From NCBI GenBank assembly GCA_964607485.1, contig CAZSKP010000002.1, positions 82,520 to 146,519 on the forward strand: 64,000 nt of DNA. The letters are read 5' to 3'. A program made the position numbers and the translations under genes. The first letter of the stretch is position 1. Each line of letters begins with the position of its first letter. Below are positions 18,747 through 28,849 of this stretch, piece after piece. Source of the DNA: an uncultured bacterium (GTDB taxonomy: Bacteria; Abyssobacteria; SURF-5). The notes under the pieces are model-generated. The model had not been told where the DNA came from. It searched no databases and was given only the letters and a program-made list of their open reading frames with translations.

Positions 18747-19091
18747 ATGGCGGTCAAGACGAAATGCGTGTATGACAAGGCAGAAGCCGCCGACGGGTAT
18801 CGCCTGCTCGTCATGCGGTTCTGGCCGCGCGGGGTGCGCAAGGACAGCGTCGATGCATGGGAGAAGGAACTCGGCACGTCTGCCGACCTCATCAAGGAGT
18901 GGAAGAGCGGTTCGGTGACATGGCCCGAGTTTTCACGAAGATACCGGGCGGAGATGCGCTCGCAGAAAGATAAGATCGCCGAACTCGCCAAACGAGCGAA
19001 AAAGGAAACGATCACGTTGCTCTGTGGCTGCCGCGAAGAGAACCGTTGCCACCGCTCCCTCCTCAAACAGCTCATTTCAAAGCACGAATAA
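18747..19091 (+). CDS. DUF488/YeaO-like protein
   Basis: DGYRLLVMRFWPRGVRK, TLLC...CHRSLL. Confidence 0.85.
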   Translation: MAVKTKCVYDKAEAADGYRLLVMRFWPRGVRKDSVDAWEKELGTSADLIKEWKSGSVTWPEFSRRYRAEMRSQKDKIAELAKRAKKETITLLCGCREENRCHRSLLKQLISKHE

Positions 19092-19115
19092 CCGCTTCCC
19101 GACCGACCTCGCCTT

Positions 19116-20378
19116 TTACGAAGCCGGCGCCCTCGCAGGACGCGCGAAAAATATCGTGGCCGCGGCAACGAGTTGAAGCAGGGCGATTGTCATGAAACCC
19201 GTCGTGTACGTCTTCTGTATGTCGAACAAGTAGCCGACCAGCGGAGGCCCCAACACGCTGCCCATCATCGTGATCGGCGCCATGGATCCCTGAATCTTCC
19301 CAAATGCCGCGCGGCCGAAGTATTCGCCCCGTATGGCCGGATTGAGCGGGATCGTGCCGCCAAACCCGATTCCGAACAAGGCGGCAAAGAGATAGAGAGA
19401 AATCGTGCCGTGGATGTTGACCAGGGCGAGAACGCCCGCGGCTTCGAGCGAGTAGGTGACCATGAAAAGGTAGCGCTTATCGACGAAATCGCCCAGCCAC
19501 CCGAAAGAAAGTCTCCCGATGATGCTCAGGAGCGTCGCGAGCCCGAGGCTGACAGCGGCTCTTTCGGCCGATATTCCGGCGTCGGTGAACGCGGGAACGG
19601 CGTGTACCGTGACCGTCGCGTGTGTCATGGCGGCAAGGAAAAACGCGAACGCGAGTATCCAGTATGTTCTCGACGTGAGTGCCTCGCGCAGGGTCCAATT
19701 TCTCTCGAGCGAGGGCGCTGGAACCGGTTCGTTCGGTACTGGGACGTTCCCTTCGTCATAATCTCCCGCAGACGGGTCGCCGTCCATCCTGAGGTTCATG
19801 TCTTCGGGCTTCTTCCTGAGAACCAGAGAGAGCGGCAGTACAACCACCCAGACGGTTATGCCAATGATAACGAATGAGACGCGCCATCCATACCGACCGA
19901 TGAGCGCCGCCGCCGCGGGCGCGCACACGAAGCCGCCGACGCCGGCCCCCACCGCGAGCAGCGACAGAGCCCTCGAGCGCATGCGGATGAACCAGTTCGC
20001 GATGACGGTCATCGCGGGTATGTACAACATCGCGCTCATCCCGATCGACAGCAGAGCGCCGTACACGAGGTAAAATGCCAGGAGCGAGTTGATGGTGTAC
20101 ATCAGCACGAAGCCCAGGCCCGCAACGACGCCGCCGCAGAACACCACGATGCGCGGCCCGTACTTGTCCACGGCCCAGCCGACCGCAGGGCCGGCGACAC
20201 CGCCCTGGATGCCCCTGAACGAATACGCGGCTGCGGTCATCGCGCGCGTCCAGCCGAACTCGTTCATCATCGGCTTGAAGAACACGCCGAAACAGTAAAG
20301 CCACGTGCCGTAGCCGAGCAGACAGATGAGGTTCGTGGCGGCGACGATCCACCATCCATAGAAAATCTTTCGCCTCAT
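19116..20378 (-). CDS. MFS transporter (MCT/OFA-like)
   Basis: FYGWWIV start, about 12 hydrophobic segments, GWAVDKYGPR motif A. Confidence 0.92.
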   Translation of the reverse strand: MRRKIFYGWWIVAATNLICLLGYGTWLYCFGVFFKPMMNEFGWTRAMTAAAYSFRGIQGGVAGPAVGWAVDKYGPRIVVFCGGVVAGLGFVLMYTINSLLAFYLVYGALLSIGMSAMLYIPAMTVIANWFIRMRSRALSLLAVGAGVGGFVCAPAAAALIGRYGWRVSFVIIGITVWVVVLPLSLVLRKKPEDMNLRMDGDPSAGDYDEGNVPVPNEPVPAPSLERNWTLREALTSRTYWILAFAFFLAAMTHATVTVHAVPAFTDAGISAERAAVSLGLATLLSIIGRLSFGWLGDFVDKRYLFMVTYSLEAAGVLALVNIHGTISLYLFAALFGIGFGGTIPLNPAIRGEYFGRAAFGKIQGSMAPITMMGSVLGPPLVGYLFDIQKTYTTGFMTIALLQLVAAATIFFARPARAPAS

Positions 20379-20698
20379 ACTTAAGAAAGCTCCCGCGCTC
20401 TTGCTGTCGAGAGGAAGACGATTCGGCTTTTTCCGGAAGGTTGAGGGCTGGGAAACACGACACTATTTTTTTATCACACGAACACTGCGAATGCAAATGG
20501 AAATTGGACATGACAGGACTGAACGGGGTAATATAGCAGTGGCAACCGCTGGATTGCAGAGGACCAAAGCATTCTTTCATATCCTTGTTGTTGCTAAACA
20601 CGGAACAAAATCAGGGCCTCGTAGCCTTGATGTAGTAAGATGTGGTAAAATAAAGTGATTTGGATTGGTCAAACTGAATTTCCTACTAGAGGATAGCA

Positions 20699-21895
20699 AT
20701 GGCAAGATCTGTCGAAGCCCTAGTGAAGCCTGACTTGCTTATTTGGGCAAGAAATAACGCTGGTCTAACCGTCGAGCAAGCAGCGAAGAAGGCACAGGTG
20801 AAACCTGAGCGGCTAGAAAGTTGGGAAACGGGCGAAAGACGACCGACCATCAAGCAGCTTCGCAAGTTGGGGAATGCCTACAAACGCCCCCTGGCAGTTT
20901 TCTACTTGCCCGAACCACCCAAGGATTTCCAGCCAATACGTGATTTTCGTAGTTTTCCTGGAATCGTTGCAGGCGTCGAATCACCGAATCTCAGATTTGA
21001 AATACGACAAGCTCGGGATCGGAGAGAGATCGCACTCGATTTGTACGAGGAACTCGAAGGTGAATTGCCGCAATTCTCCGCTGAAGCCAGTCTTTCCGAC
21101 AATCCAGAGAAGCTAGCAATACAGATTCGGAACCGTCTTGGCATAACTCGAGAGATTCAATGTGGATTCAAGGACGAGTATAACGCGTTCAACTGGTGGC
21201 GGTCAGCGGTTGAAGATGCCGGAGTATTAGTTTTCCAGGCAACCGGCATCGACCTCTCTGAAATGAGAGGGTTTTCCATTAGTGAAACCCCTTTGCCCGC
21301 GATCGTAGTTAATGTAAAAGACCTACCTCGGGCACGCGTTTTTACGATGCTACACGAGTTTGTCCATATCATGCTGCAAGATGGAGGCTTGTGTGACTTA
21401 AGGGAAGAAGCTCGTCGCGCTCCCGGGGATGAGCGTATAGAAGTGTTCTGTAACAGAGTTGCAGGTGCAATGCTTGTTCCAAGAGATTCACTTTTGCAGG
21501 AAGACATTGTGCTACAGAAGGGGCGAGGTGCCGAATGGTCAGATGAAGACATCTTAACCCTTGCTAGGCGGTATCAAGTAAGCAGTGAAGTACTGTTGCG
21601 TCGTCTGTTGATTTGCGGGCGCACAACCAGAGAATTCTACCAGAGGAAGCGGAGAGAATTTGAGCAACAGTATGAGATGCTTGGTAGGCGCATTCGAAGT
21701 GGTCATGTACCTCCGTATCGCGTTGCAATAAGTAAGGCGGGTCCTATGTTTATTCGTCTGGTGTTGAGCAACTACTACCAAGAGAATATCACAACAAGTG
21801 ATCTTTCCGATTTCCTTAACATCAAGCTCAAACACTTGCACAGGATTGAGGGAGAGATACTGGGCCAGTCGACTGAATTTGGGGCCGCTAGTTGA
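20699..21895 (+). CDS. Xre HTH + ImmA/IrrE (peptidase M78) metallopeptidase
   Basis: N-terminal HTH (LESWETGERRPT), FTMLHEFVH (HExxH), EVFCNRVAGAML. Confidence 0.92.
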   Translation: MARSVEALVKPDLLIWARNNAGLTVEQAAKKAQVKPERLESWETGERRPTIKQLRKLGNAYKRPLAVFYLPEPPKDFQPIRDFRSFPGIVAGVESPNLRFEIRQARDRREIALDLYEELEGELPQFSAEASLSDNPEKLAIQIRNRLGITREIQCGFKDEYNAFNWWRSAVEDAGVLVFQATGIDLSEMRGFSISETPLPAIVVNVKDLPRARVFTMLHEFVHIMLQDGGLCDLREEARRAPGDERIEVFCNRVAGAMLVPRDSLLQEDIVLQKGRGAEWSDEDILTLARRYQVSSEVLLRRLLICGRTTREFYQRKRREFEQQYEMLGRRIRSGHVPPYRVAISKAGPMFIRLVLSNYYQENITTSDLSDFLNIKLKHLHRIEGEILGQSTEFGAAS

Positions 21896-22356
21896 GATAT
21901 AGTATTGACACCAGTGCAATCTTAGGTGCGTGGCGGAGACATTATCCTCCAGACGTCTTTCCGCTTGTCTGGAGAAAACTAGATGATTTGATTAGTCTGG
22001 GTGATTTGATTGCTACAGAAGAAGTGCTAGTTGAACTGAAAAGGAAAGATGATGAGGTTTACGAATGGGCACGGAGACGCGAACATATGTTCATCCCTAT
22101 CAACGAGGAAGTTCAATTAGCTGTTGAGGATATTCTCCGAGATCACAAGAAGCTAATCGACCAGCGCAAAAGCCGCTCTGGTAGTGATCCCTTTGTGATC
22201 GCTTTAGCCAAGGTCGAGAACTGTGTCGTCCTCACCGATGAGAAGCCTTCCGGCAGCTCAAAAAGGCCGCATATTCCCGATGTTTGCAATGCCCTCCGCA
22301 TACCGTGGCGCAATATGCTGCAACTCTTCCGAGACCAAGGCTGGGTCTTCGATTAG
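21892..22356 (+). CDS. DUF4411 family PIN-like protein
   Basis: YSIDTS, YPPDVFP, SDPFVIALA, VLTDE, IPDVC. The start overlaps the upstream stop. Confidence 0.85.
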   Translation: MRYSIDTSAILGAWRRHYPPDVFPLVWRKLDDLISLGDLIATEEVLVELKRKDDEVYEWARRREHMFIPINEEVQLAVEDILRDHKKLIDQRKSRSGSDPFVIALAKVENCVVLTDEKPSGSSKRPHIPDVCNALRIPWRNMLQLFRDQGWVFD

Positions 22357-22390
22357 GAAAAGTCAAGATATCAATACAGGGGGAAAGATT

Positions 22391-22966
22391 ATGAAAAAGT
22401 TCGCATTGCCGGCGGTAATGATGTTCTCTTTGTTTTTGAGTGCGTGGCTTCTGAGCGCATGCGGCAAGAAGGAACAGCCGGTCGAGGAAAAGACCGACGT
22501 ATCCGCTGAGGCGGTTGAACAGAAAGCCGAGCCGGATGTCCACACCGAGCCGGCCGAGGAGGCCCAACCGCAGGCCGAGGAAGTCGAACCGAAGGCCGAA
22601 GAGGTCTCGGCCGAGGATGTGAAAGAAAAGACCGAGGAGGCCCTCGAAGCCGCAAAGGCCTACACCGTGCAACAGAAGCAGGAGTATCAGCAACGGATGG
22701 AGACCGAGCTGCAGGAGTTCAATCGTCAAGCTGATGCCACAATAAGCCAACTGAAAGCAAAGGCCGAGAAGGCGGAGGCCGAGACCAGGGAAAAGCTCGA
22801 TAAGCAGATTGAGGAACTCCAGGAAAAGCAAAAGGACGCGCGGAAGAAACTCGACGAATTGAAGTCGGCGAGCGGCAAAGCCTGGGAGAACCTCAAATCG
22901 GAACTCGACGCCAAGATGAACGACCTGAAGAATTTCATCAAGGGCCTGATTCCGCCGAATGAATAA
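22391..22966 (+). CDS. Acidic coiled-coil lipoprotein
   Basis: MKK-hydrophobic-LSAC lipobox. E/K/A-rich helices ending LKSASGKAWENLK. Confidence 0.8.
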   Translation: MKKFALPAVMMFSLFLSAWLLSACGKKEQPVEEKTDVSAEAVEQKAEPDVHTEPAEEAQPQAEEVEPKAEEVSAEDVKEKTEEALEAAKAYTVQQKQEYQQRMETELQEFNRQADATISQLKAKAEKAEAETREKLDKQIEELQEKQKDARKKLDELKSASGKAWENLKSELDAKMNDLKNFIKGLIPPNE

Positions 22967-23024
22967 ACGTAGCCGAAGGTCGAGCTATGCTTTCCACGGC
23001 ACATGCATTTTCAGGAGGTGAAAA

Positions 23025-23411
23025 ATGCTGAAAGTGTTGACGATACTGATCGGATTGCTCATACTCGTCACGCGGGGATTGGGCGTTGTATCCCTCCCGA
23101 AGATGAAGAGCCTTATAACAGTAATCACCTCCCCCGCTTCCAGGATAAGGATGCTGGGAATTTTTGTACTTATCCTCGGCGTTCTCATTTTCATTGCGCT
23201 CGGTGGCGACTGGGCCGGAGCGAGAGTGATAATGGGAATTTTTGGCATCCTGTGGCTGGTCGGAGGCGTCGTGCTCATTATTGTGCCGGAAAAATACGGC
23301 GCTTTGGTCGATTGGTTCATGAAGCTTCCCGACCAGACGTTGCGCATTCTCTTCGGCTTCGGAGTCGTCTTCGGCATACTCATCATCATTCTGGGAATCG
23401 TCTATTATTAG
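23025..23411 (+). CDS. Small multi-TM membrane protein (DUF2065-like)
   Basis: GGAGGTG RBS, four hydrophobic segments, two LP(D)xxxR-xxG-type halves. Confidence 0.75.
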   Translation: MLKVLTILIGLLILVTRGLGVVSLPKMKSLITVITSPASRIRMLGIFVLILGVLIFIALGGDWAGARVIMGIFGILWLVGGVVLIIVPEKYGALVDWFMKLPDQTLRILFGFGVVFGILIIILGIVYY

Positions 23412-23689
23412 AGGATAGAAGACGGGTGCTCGACGATCCGTGTTCCGCGCCCGGCCCAACGCGGACAACGCCGCATCCTGCATGGCGAAACCTCACCCGC
23501 GATGTCATACTATTTGAAAACCCCGCTCTCTCAATCTTCCAACGGCGAGATATGAATAAGAAGCTGAAAACGGAAATGGCTCGCTGTCTCTATGACAAGG
23601 GTGCGGACCTGGAAAACCTGGGCCAATGAGGCCAACAACTCGGCATCTGTCGAACACGACCGCCGACAAAACGCTATAAAGGGGGAGAG

Positions 23690-24145
23690 ATGAAGTACAG
23701 CGAGGGCAGCATCGGGAGAGTGTTCGTCGTAAGCCTTGACGACGGCGAGGAGCTTCCGCGCGCTATCGAGGAATTTGCGGCCCGGAAGGATGTCAGCCGC
23801 GCCATGTGCATCCTGATCGGGGGAATAGACGACGGAGGACAGATCGTGGTCGGCCCCAGGGACCGCGAGACGATGCCGCCGGAACCCGTCCTGTTCAGGC
23901 TCGCCGGAGTGCACGAGGTCGCCGCCGTCGGGACCATATTCCCCGACGATGCCGGTAAGCCGCGCCTCCACATGCATGCCGCACTCGGTCGCGACGGCGA
24001 GACGCGCGCCGGCTGCATCCGGCCCGGCATCGAGGTGTGGAAACTGGGCGAGGTGGTCCTGCTCGAGATTCTCAACAGCCCCGCACGCCGCAGGCGGAAC
24101 CCCGCCACCGGGTTTGACGTTTTGGAAGCGCAGCCCGACGCGTAA
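23690..24145 (+). CDS. PPC/DUF296 domain protein
   Basis: GRVFVVSLDDGEEL, HEVAAVGTIF, LHMHAALG. Confidence 0.88.
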   Translation: MKYSEGSIGRVFVVSLDDGEELPRAIEEFAARKDVSRAMCILIGGIDDGGQIVVGPRDRETMPPEPVLFRLAGVHEVAAVGTIFPDDAGKPRLHMHAALGRDGETRAGCIRPGIEVWKLGEVVLLEILNSPARRRRNPATGFDVLEAQPDA

Positions 24146-24157
24146 GGGCGGGCGGTC

Positions 24158-25306
24158 CTATCGTTTCTTCGCCATTTCGGTGATCGCGTCCCAGGCGTTA
24201 TCGATTTCCTCGTTCGTCTTCAACATCTTGAACAGGAAGTCGCGCGTCATCGTTCCCGCTTGTTCCTCGGCTTTGAGCAGGCGCCATGTGTCGGTGTCCT
24301 TCATAATCTCTATGCATCGGTCCATCGCCGCCCTGTCGGGAATGGATTTCTCTTTCGCCGTGTAAGCGCCCAGGAACTCGCCGGCCCTGTAGCCCATGCT
24401 CAATCCGCTCAGGATGCCCGAAGCTCCCTTCGCGCCCACTTGCCCGGCGGCGTCGCCGACCAGCGCCAGCCCGGGCCGCACAAAATCTTCCAGCATCCCC
24501 CCGAAGATGAGTTTGTCAACACTCGTCAGAACGTACGAGGCGTTCTCCAGCCGTTTGCTCAGGATCGGATGATTCTCCCGGTGTCTTTCCCAAACGGCGA
24601 CGATGTCTGCGCTCTGGACTTCGCGGCTCTGGTCCCACAGGGTTATGCCGCACTCGGCGGACCCGCCTCCCTTCGGAAAAATCCAGAGTGCGCCCGCCGG
24701 CTCGTTGAGCAAGAAGAACTCCAGCACGTCCTCGTCGGGGATGTCCGCGTTCTCGACGACCACCTTGTAAGTGGAACAGATGGTGGGTGCGGGCAGGTTT
24801 GCCTGCCGCCTCAGCAGCGAGCTGTGTCCGTCGGCCGCTATCACCGCTCTGCTCCTCAGCGAAACCGATTCGCCTGCCGACGCGCACGTAAGGCCGCACA
24901 CCTGCTCGCGGTCGTCGAGAATCAGTTCCGTCGCGCTGGTGTTCAGAACAAGCTCTGCGCCCGCCTCGACGCACGCCCTGGCGATCTCGTGCACGAACGG
25001 ACGATATTCGATCATCAACGATTCGGCGTCCGCCTTGAGTGTCATGTGCTTCTTGCACGACGGGCTGAAGATTCTTCTGCGCTTGCTCGTTCCGTTGATG
25101 AATGAGCTGGGCAGCGGCTTCCCCAACACCTTTGCGATTATCGTGTTGTCGCGCTTGATGACTTCGCCCTTGACCTTCGCGGCCACCTCGGGAGCGCCGT
25201 CGAGCACAAGCGTCTCCGCTCCCGCCCTGGCCGAAGCCGTGGCCGCCGCCAGTCCGGCCACACCCGCGCCCACGACGATCACGTCGTATTCAGGCTGGAA
25301 TTTCAT
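24158..25306 (-). CDS. FAD-dependent oxidoreductase, geranylgeranyl reductase-like
   Basis: VVGAGVAG, IAADG, WIFPKG, LVGDAAGQV. Confidence 0.85.
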   Translation of the reverse strand: MKFQPEYDVIVVGAGVAGLAAATASARAGAETLVLDGAPEVAAKVKGEVIKRDNTIIAKVLGKPLPSSFINGTSKRRRIFSPSCKKHMTLKADAESLMIEYRPFVHEIARACVEAGAELVLNTSATELILDDREQVCGLTCASAGESVSLRSRAVIAADGHSSLLRRQANLPAPTICSTYKVVVENADIPDEDVLEFFLLNEPAGALWIFPKGGGSAECGITLWDQSREVQSADIVAVWERHRENHPILSKRLENASYVLTSVDKLIFGGMLEDFVRPGLALVGDAAGQVGAKGASGILSGLSMGYRAGEFLGAYTAKEKSIPDRAAMDRCIEIMKDTDTWRLLKAEEQAGTMTRDFLFKMLKTNEEIDNAWDAITEMAKKR

Positions 25307-25368
25307 CGGCTCGTCTCATCCTGTCTATTTGAATGGGCGAGAACTTTTGCAGGGGCCTGTTCCGTCGC

Positions 25369-26130
25369 TCAATAATCCCTGCCCGCCATGTCGGTCCAAT
25401 AGTTAACCGTCTTCGATTCGTTGGGGTATTCAGTGGGCGGTTTGGTGGTGAACTGCTTATCCGAACGCTCCACCAGCTTCATCAGCTTATCTTCGAGCTC
25501 TTGCCGCTTGGCATCGACTACTTCCTGAGTGGCGTCGGGGGGGACGTGCACGGGTTCAGCGAAAAAGAATGCGAATTCGTTGAACGGGAGGGGAATGAGC
25601 GTGCGGTCCCACGTGGGCAGCAGTATCTTTCGCTTTGCGCAGACCCGCACGGGGTAGAGGGGCGCTCCGGACTCCTTGGCGATGACGATTATGCCTCTTT
25701 TAACCTTATACTTCGGCCCCCTGGAACCGTCCACGGTGAGGCCGAAAAGAATCTTCGGATGCGTGCGAACGTAATCGATGACCTCGGACAGCGCCTCGGT
25801 TCCGCCCATCGAGCTGCCGCCTCGGACGGGAACGAAGCCCATGCGCCTGACAATCAGCGCCATAATCTCGCCCTGGTCGCTCTTGCTCACCATCGTCACG
25901 ACGTTGTAGTTGCGAAATGTGAAGGGAACGAGTACGACATCCTGATGCCAGATAGCTCCGAGAATGGCGGCGTCGTCCTGGAACCGTTTCAATATCGAGT
26001 CGTAATTGTAGAAGACCCTCTTGCTGGTCAGGAAGACGAAGTGCATGTAAGCTTTGTAGATTGGCGGGAATATCCACACTATCGCCCTTACGAAAGGGTT
26101 TACTTTCCGCGTTTTCCCCTTTTCTCCCAC
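25369..26130 (-). CDS. DUF374 / lysophospholipid acyltransferase family protein
   Basis: WHQD, SKSDQGE, VRGGSS, TVDGSRGP, WDRTLIPLPF. Confidence 0.85.
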   Translation of the reverse strand: MGEKGKTRKVNPFVRAIVWIFPPIYKAYMHFVFLTSKRVFYNYDSILKRFQDDAAILGAIWHQDVVLVPFTFRNYNVVTMVSKSDQGEIMALIVRRMGFVPVRGGSSMGGTEALSEVIDYVRTHPKILFGLTVDGSRGPKYKVKRGIIVIAKESGAPLYPVRVCAKRKILLPTWDRTLIPLPFNEFAFFFAEPVHVPPDATQEVVDAKRQELEDKLMKLVERSDKQFTTKPPTEYPNESKTVNYWTDMAGRDY

Positions 26131-26139
26131 GAAATAGAC

Positions 26140-26652
26140 CTACTCCGTTTCTCCTAAATACGCGCGGCTCACCCTTACGTATTTCTCCGCCCAATACTTG
26201 TTGCCCGATGCCTCCGACTCCGGAATCTGTTTCGCCACCTTTGCGGGCACACCGATCACCAGGCTGCGGGGAGGGATCTTCGTGTTGGGCGGTATCAACG
26301 CCCCCGCTCCGATGACCGATTGGCGACCGACCACGACGCCGTTCATCACAATCGCGCCCATCCCGACCACGACCTCGTCCTCGATGGTGCACCCGTGGAG
26401 GTTGACCCCGTGGCCGACGGTCACATACTCCCCGACGATGCACGGCCATTCATCGGCCACGTGGAGCGTCGAGTTGTCCTGAATATTGCTGCATGCTCCG
26501 ATGCGCACGTCGTTGATGTCGCCACGCAGGACCGTGTTGAACCAGATGCTCGCCTTCTCGCCGATTTCGACTCCGCCGATGATCTGGACTCCTTCGGCGA
26601 TGAAGGCGGTGGGGGAGATGGATGGTTTGCGGTCGCCGTAGCTGTGTATCAT
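26140..26652 (-). CDS. Gamma carbonic anhydrase family protein
   Basis: Hexapeptide repeats, LRGD, NIQDNSTLH, TVGHGVNLHGC. Start moved to MIHSYG. Confidence 0.92.
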   Translation of the reverse strand: MIHSYGDRKPSISPTAFIAEGVQIIGGVEIGEKASIWFNTVLRGDINDVRIGACSNIQDNSTLHVADEWPCIVGEYVTVGHGVNLHGCTIEDEVVVGMGAIVMNGVVVGRQSVIGAGALIPPNTKIPPRSLVIGVPAKVAKQIPESEASGNKYWAEKYVRVSRAYLGETE

Positions 26653-26663
26653 TGCGAATTGAG

Positions 26664-28328
26664 TCAGGGGTTTGTCTCGGCGGCTTCTCCGAAGACCTCC
26701 GCGAGCGTCGAACAGATCTCTCCGATGGTCGTGTAATTCTCGACGCACTCGATGATGGGCGCCATCAGGTTCTCCTCGCCCGAGGCCGCGTTCCGAAGCC
26801 GGTTGAGAGACGCCTCGACCGCGGACCCGTCGCGTTCGGCGCGCAACTTCTTCAATCCTTCGATTTGCTCAGCCTGTATCGCCAGGTCCACTTCGAGAAG
26901 CTTATCCGGCGGCGGCTCTTCCGACTGGAACTTGTTGACGCCGACTATCACCTTTTCGCCGCTCTCGATGGCCTGCTGATAGCGGTACGAGCTGTCCTGG
27001 ATTTCCTTCTGCATGTATGCGTTCTTGATGGCGACGATGGCGCCGCCCATCGCGTCGATCTTCTTGATATATTCGTCGGCCGCCTCTTCGATCTCATCGG
27101 TGAGATTTTCGATCAAATAGGAGCCTCCGAGCGGGTCCACCACCTCGGCGACTCCGCTCTCGAAGGCTATTATCTGCTGGGTTCGCAGCGCGAGCCGCAC
27201 GGCCTCCTCGGTCGGCAGGCAGAGCGCTTCGTCGCGCGAGTTCGTGTGAAGCGACTGCGTCCCGCCCAGCACCGCCGCCAGCGCCTGCATGGCGACGCGG
27301 ACGACGTTGTTCTCGTGCTGCTGCACGGTGAGCGTGCAGCCGGCCGTCTGGGTGTGAAAGCGAAGCATGCCCGAGCCCGACTTCTTCGCACCGAACCGCT
27401 CCTTGACGATGCGCGCCCAGAGACGTCGGGCGGCCCTGAACTTCGCGATCTCCTCGATGAAGTTGTTGTGGGAATTGAAGAAGAACGAGAGCCGGCCCGC
27501 GAAAGCGTCCACATCCAGCCCCGACTCCACCGCCGCCTGCACGTATGCGATTGCGTTCGCAAGCGTGAACGCCACCTCCTGAACCGCCGTGGAGCCGGCC
27601 TCGCGTATGTGGTATCCGCTGATGCTGATCATGTTCCAGCGGGGCAGATTCTCGGTGCAATACTTGAAGACGTCGGTGACGAGACGCATCGACGGGGTTA
27701 TGGGGAACCGATGCGTTCCCCGCGCGACGTATTCCTTCAGGATGTCGTTCTGGATTGTGCCGCCGAGCTTGTCGAGGGGCGTTCCGCGCTTTTTCGCCAG
27801 CGCCACGTACATCGCCAGCAGGATCGCGGCGGTCGCGTTGATGGTCATCGACGTGGTCACCTTTTCCTGGGGAATCTCGTCGAAGAGTATTTCGATGTCT
27901 CTCAGGGAATCGATGGCGACGCCGACCTTTCCGACCTCGCCGTCGGCCAGCGGATGGTCGGAGTCGTAGCCTATCTGGGTGGGCAGGTCGAACGCTATGC
28001 TCAGGCCGGTCTGTCCGTGTTCGAGCAGGAACCGGTAGCGGCGGTTCGACTCGCGGGCGTTTGCGAAGCCGGCGTACTGCCGCATCGTCCACAGGCGGCC
28101 CCGGTACATCGTGGGCTGAATGCCCCGCGTGTACGGATACTCGCCGGGGAAACCGAGGTCATTCCGGTAGTCGATCTCCTGGACATCTAAAGGGGAATAG
28201 ACCCGGCGCAGCTCGATGCCCGAGTCGGTCAGGAATTTCACCGAGCGTTCGGGATATTTGCTCAGCACCTTCTGCAGCGTTTTCTCTTCCCACTGTCTGC
28301 GCTGCTTTTCGAGCTCCTCGATATTCAT
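26664..28328 (-). CDS. Methylmalonyl-CoA mutase, substrate-binding large subunit (no B12 domain)
   Basis: [18 protein letters not shown] (Tyr specificity residue), [31 protein letters not shown]. Confidence 0.93.
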   Translation of the reverse strand: MNIEELEKQRRQWEEKTLQKVLSKYPERSVKFLTDSGIELRRVYSPLDVQEIDYRNDLGFPGEYPYTRGIQPTMYRGRLWTMRQYAGFANARESNRRYRFLLEHGQTGLSIAFDLPTQIGYDSDHPLADGEVGKVGVAIDSLRDIEILFDEIPQEKVTTSMTINATAAILLAMYVALAKKRGTPLDKLGGTIQNDILKEYVARGTHRFPITPSMRLVTDVFKYCTENLPRWNMISISGYHIREAGSTAVQEVAFTLANAIAYVQAAVESGLDVDAFAGRLSFFFNSHNNFIEEIAKFRAARRLWARIVKERFGAKKSGSGMLRFHTQTAGCTLTVQQHENNVVRVAMQALAAVLGGTQSLHTNSRDEALCLPTEEAVRLALRTQQIIAFESGVAEVVDPLGGSYLIENLTDEIEEAADEYIKKIDAMGGAIVAIKNAYMQKEIQDSSYRYQQAIESGEKVIVGVNKFQSEEPPPDKLLEVDLAIQAEQIEGLKKLRAERDGSAVEASLNRLRNAASGEENLMAPIIECVENYTTIGEICSTLAEVFGEAAETNP

Positions 28329-28384
28329 CGCGTGTATCCTTTCGGGTGGTGAAACGAAAACGGAGGGACCGGAGCCCGGCCGAA

Positions 28385-28819
28385 TCAGTCGCCGATGACG
28401 ATGAGCGGGACGCCCTCGTTCACGCTCTGCTTCTTCGAAACCTTGATTTCCTTTACCGTGCCGGCGCGCGGGGAAACGACGTTGTTTTCCATCTTCATAG
28501 TCTCGATCACCAGGATCACGTCGCCCGCTTTCACCTTGTCGCCGACCGCCACCTTCACATCGATGATGAGACCTGGCAGCGGAGCCTTCACCGTCGTCAG
28601 GCCTCCGGCCGTCTCGACTTCCGCCTGGCGCTGAGCCGGTGCGGCTTGGGACTGCGGCGCGGCGGCCGTCATCATCTTCGGCAGGTCCATCCTCGACAGG
28701 TCGCTGATCCCGACCTCGTACTGCACGCCGTTGACGATGACCAGCGCTTCGTCGCCGCTGACCCTCGTGACTTCGACCAGGTACACTTTATCGTTGAGGA
28801 ACAGCTCGAATCTTCTCAC
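28385..28819 (-). CDS. Biotin carboxyl carrier protein
   Basis: Ala/Pro linker, APLPG, ETMKMEN biotinylation motif. Confidence 0.92.
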   Translation of the reverse strand: MRRFELFLNDKVYLVEVTRVSGDEALVIVNGVQYEVGISDLSRMDLPKMMTAAAPQSQAAPAQRQAEVETAGGLTTVKAPLPGLIIDVKVAVGDKVKAGDVILVIETMKMENNVVSPRAGTVKEIKVSKKQSVNEGVPLIVIGD

Positions 28820-28849
28820 TGGCTAACGCCTCCTGTCGGACGCAACGAT

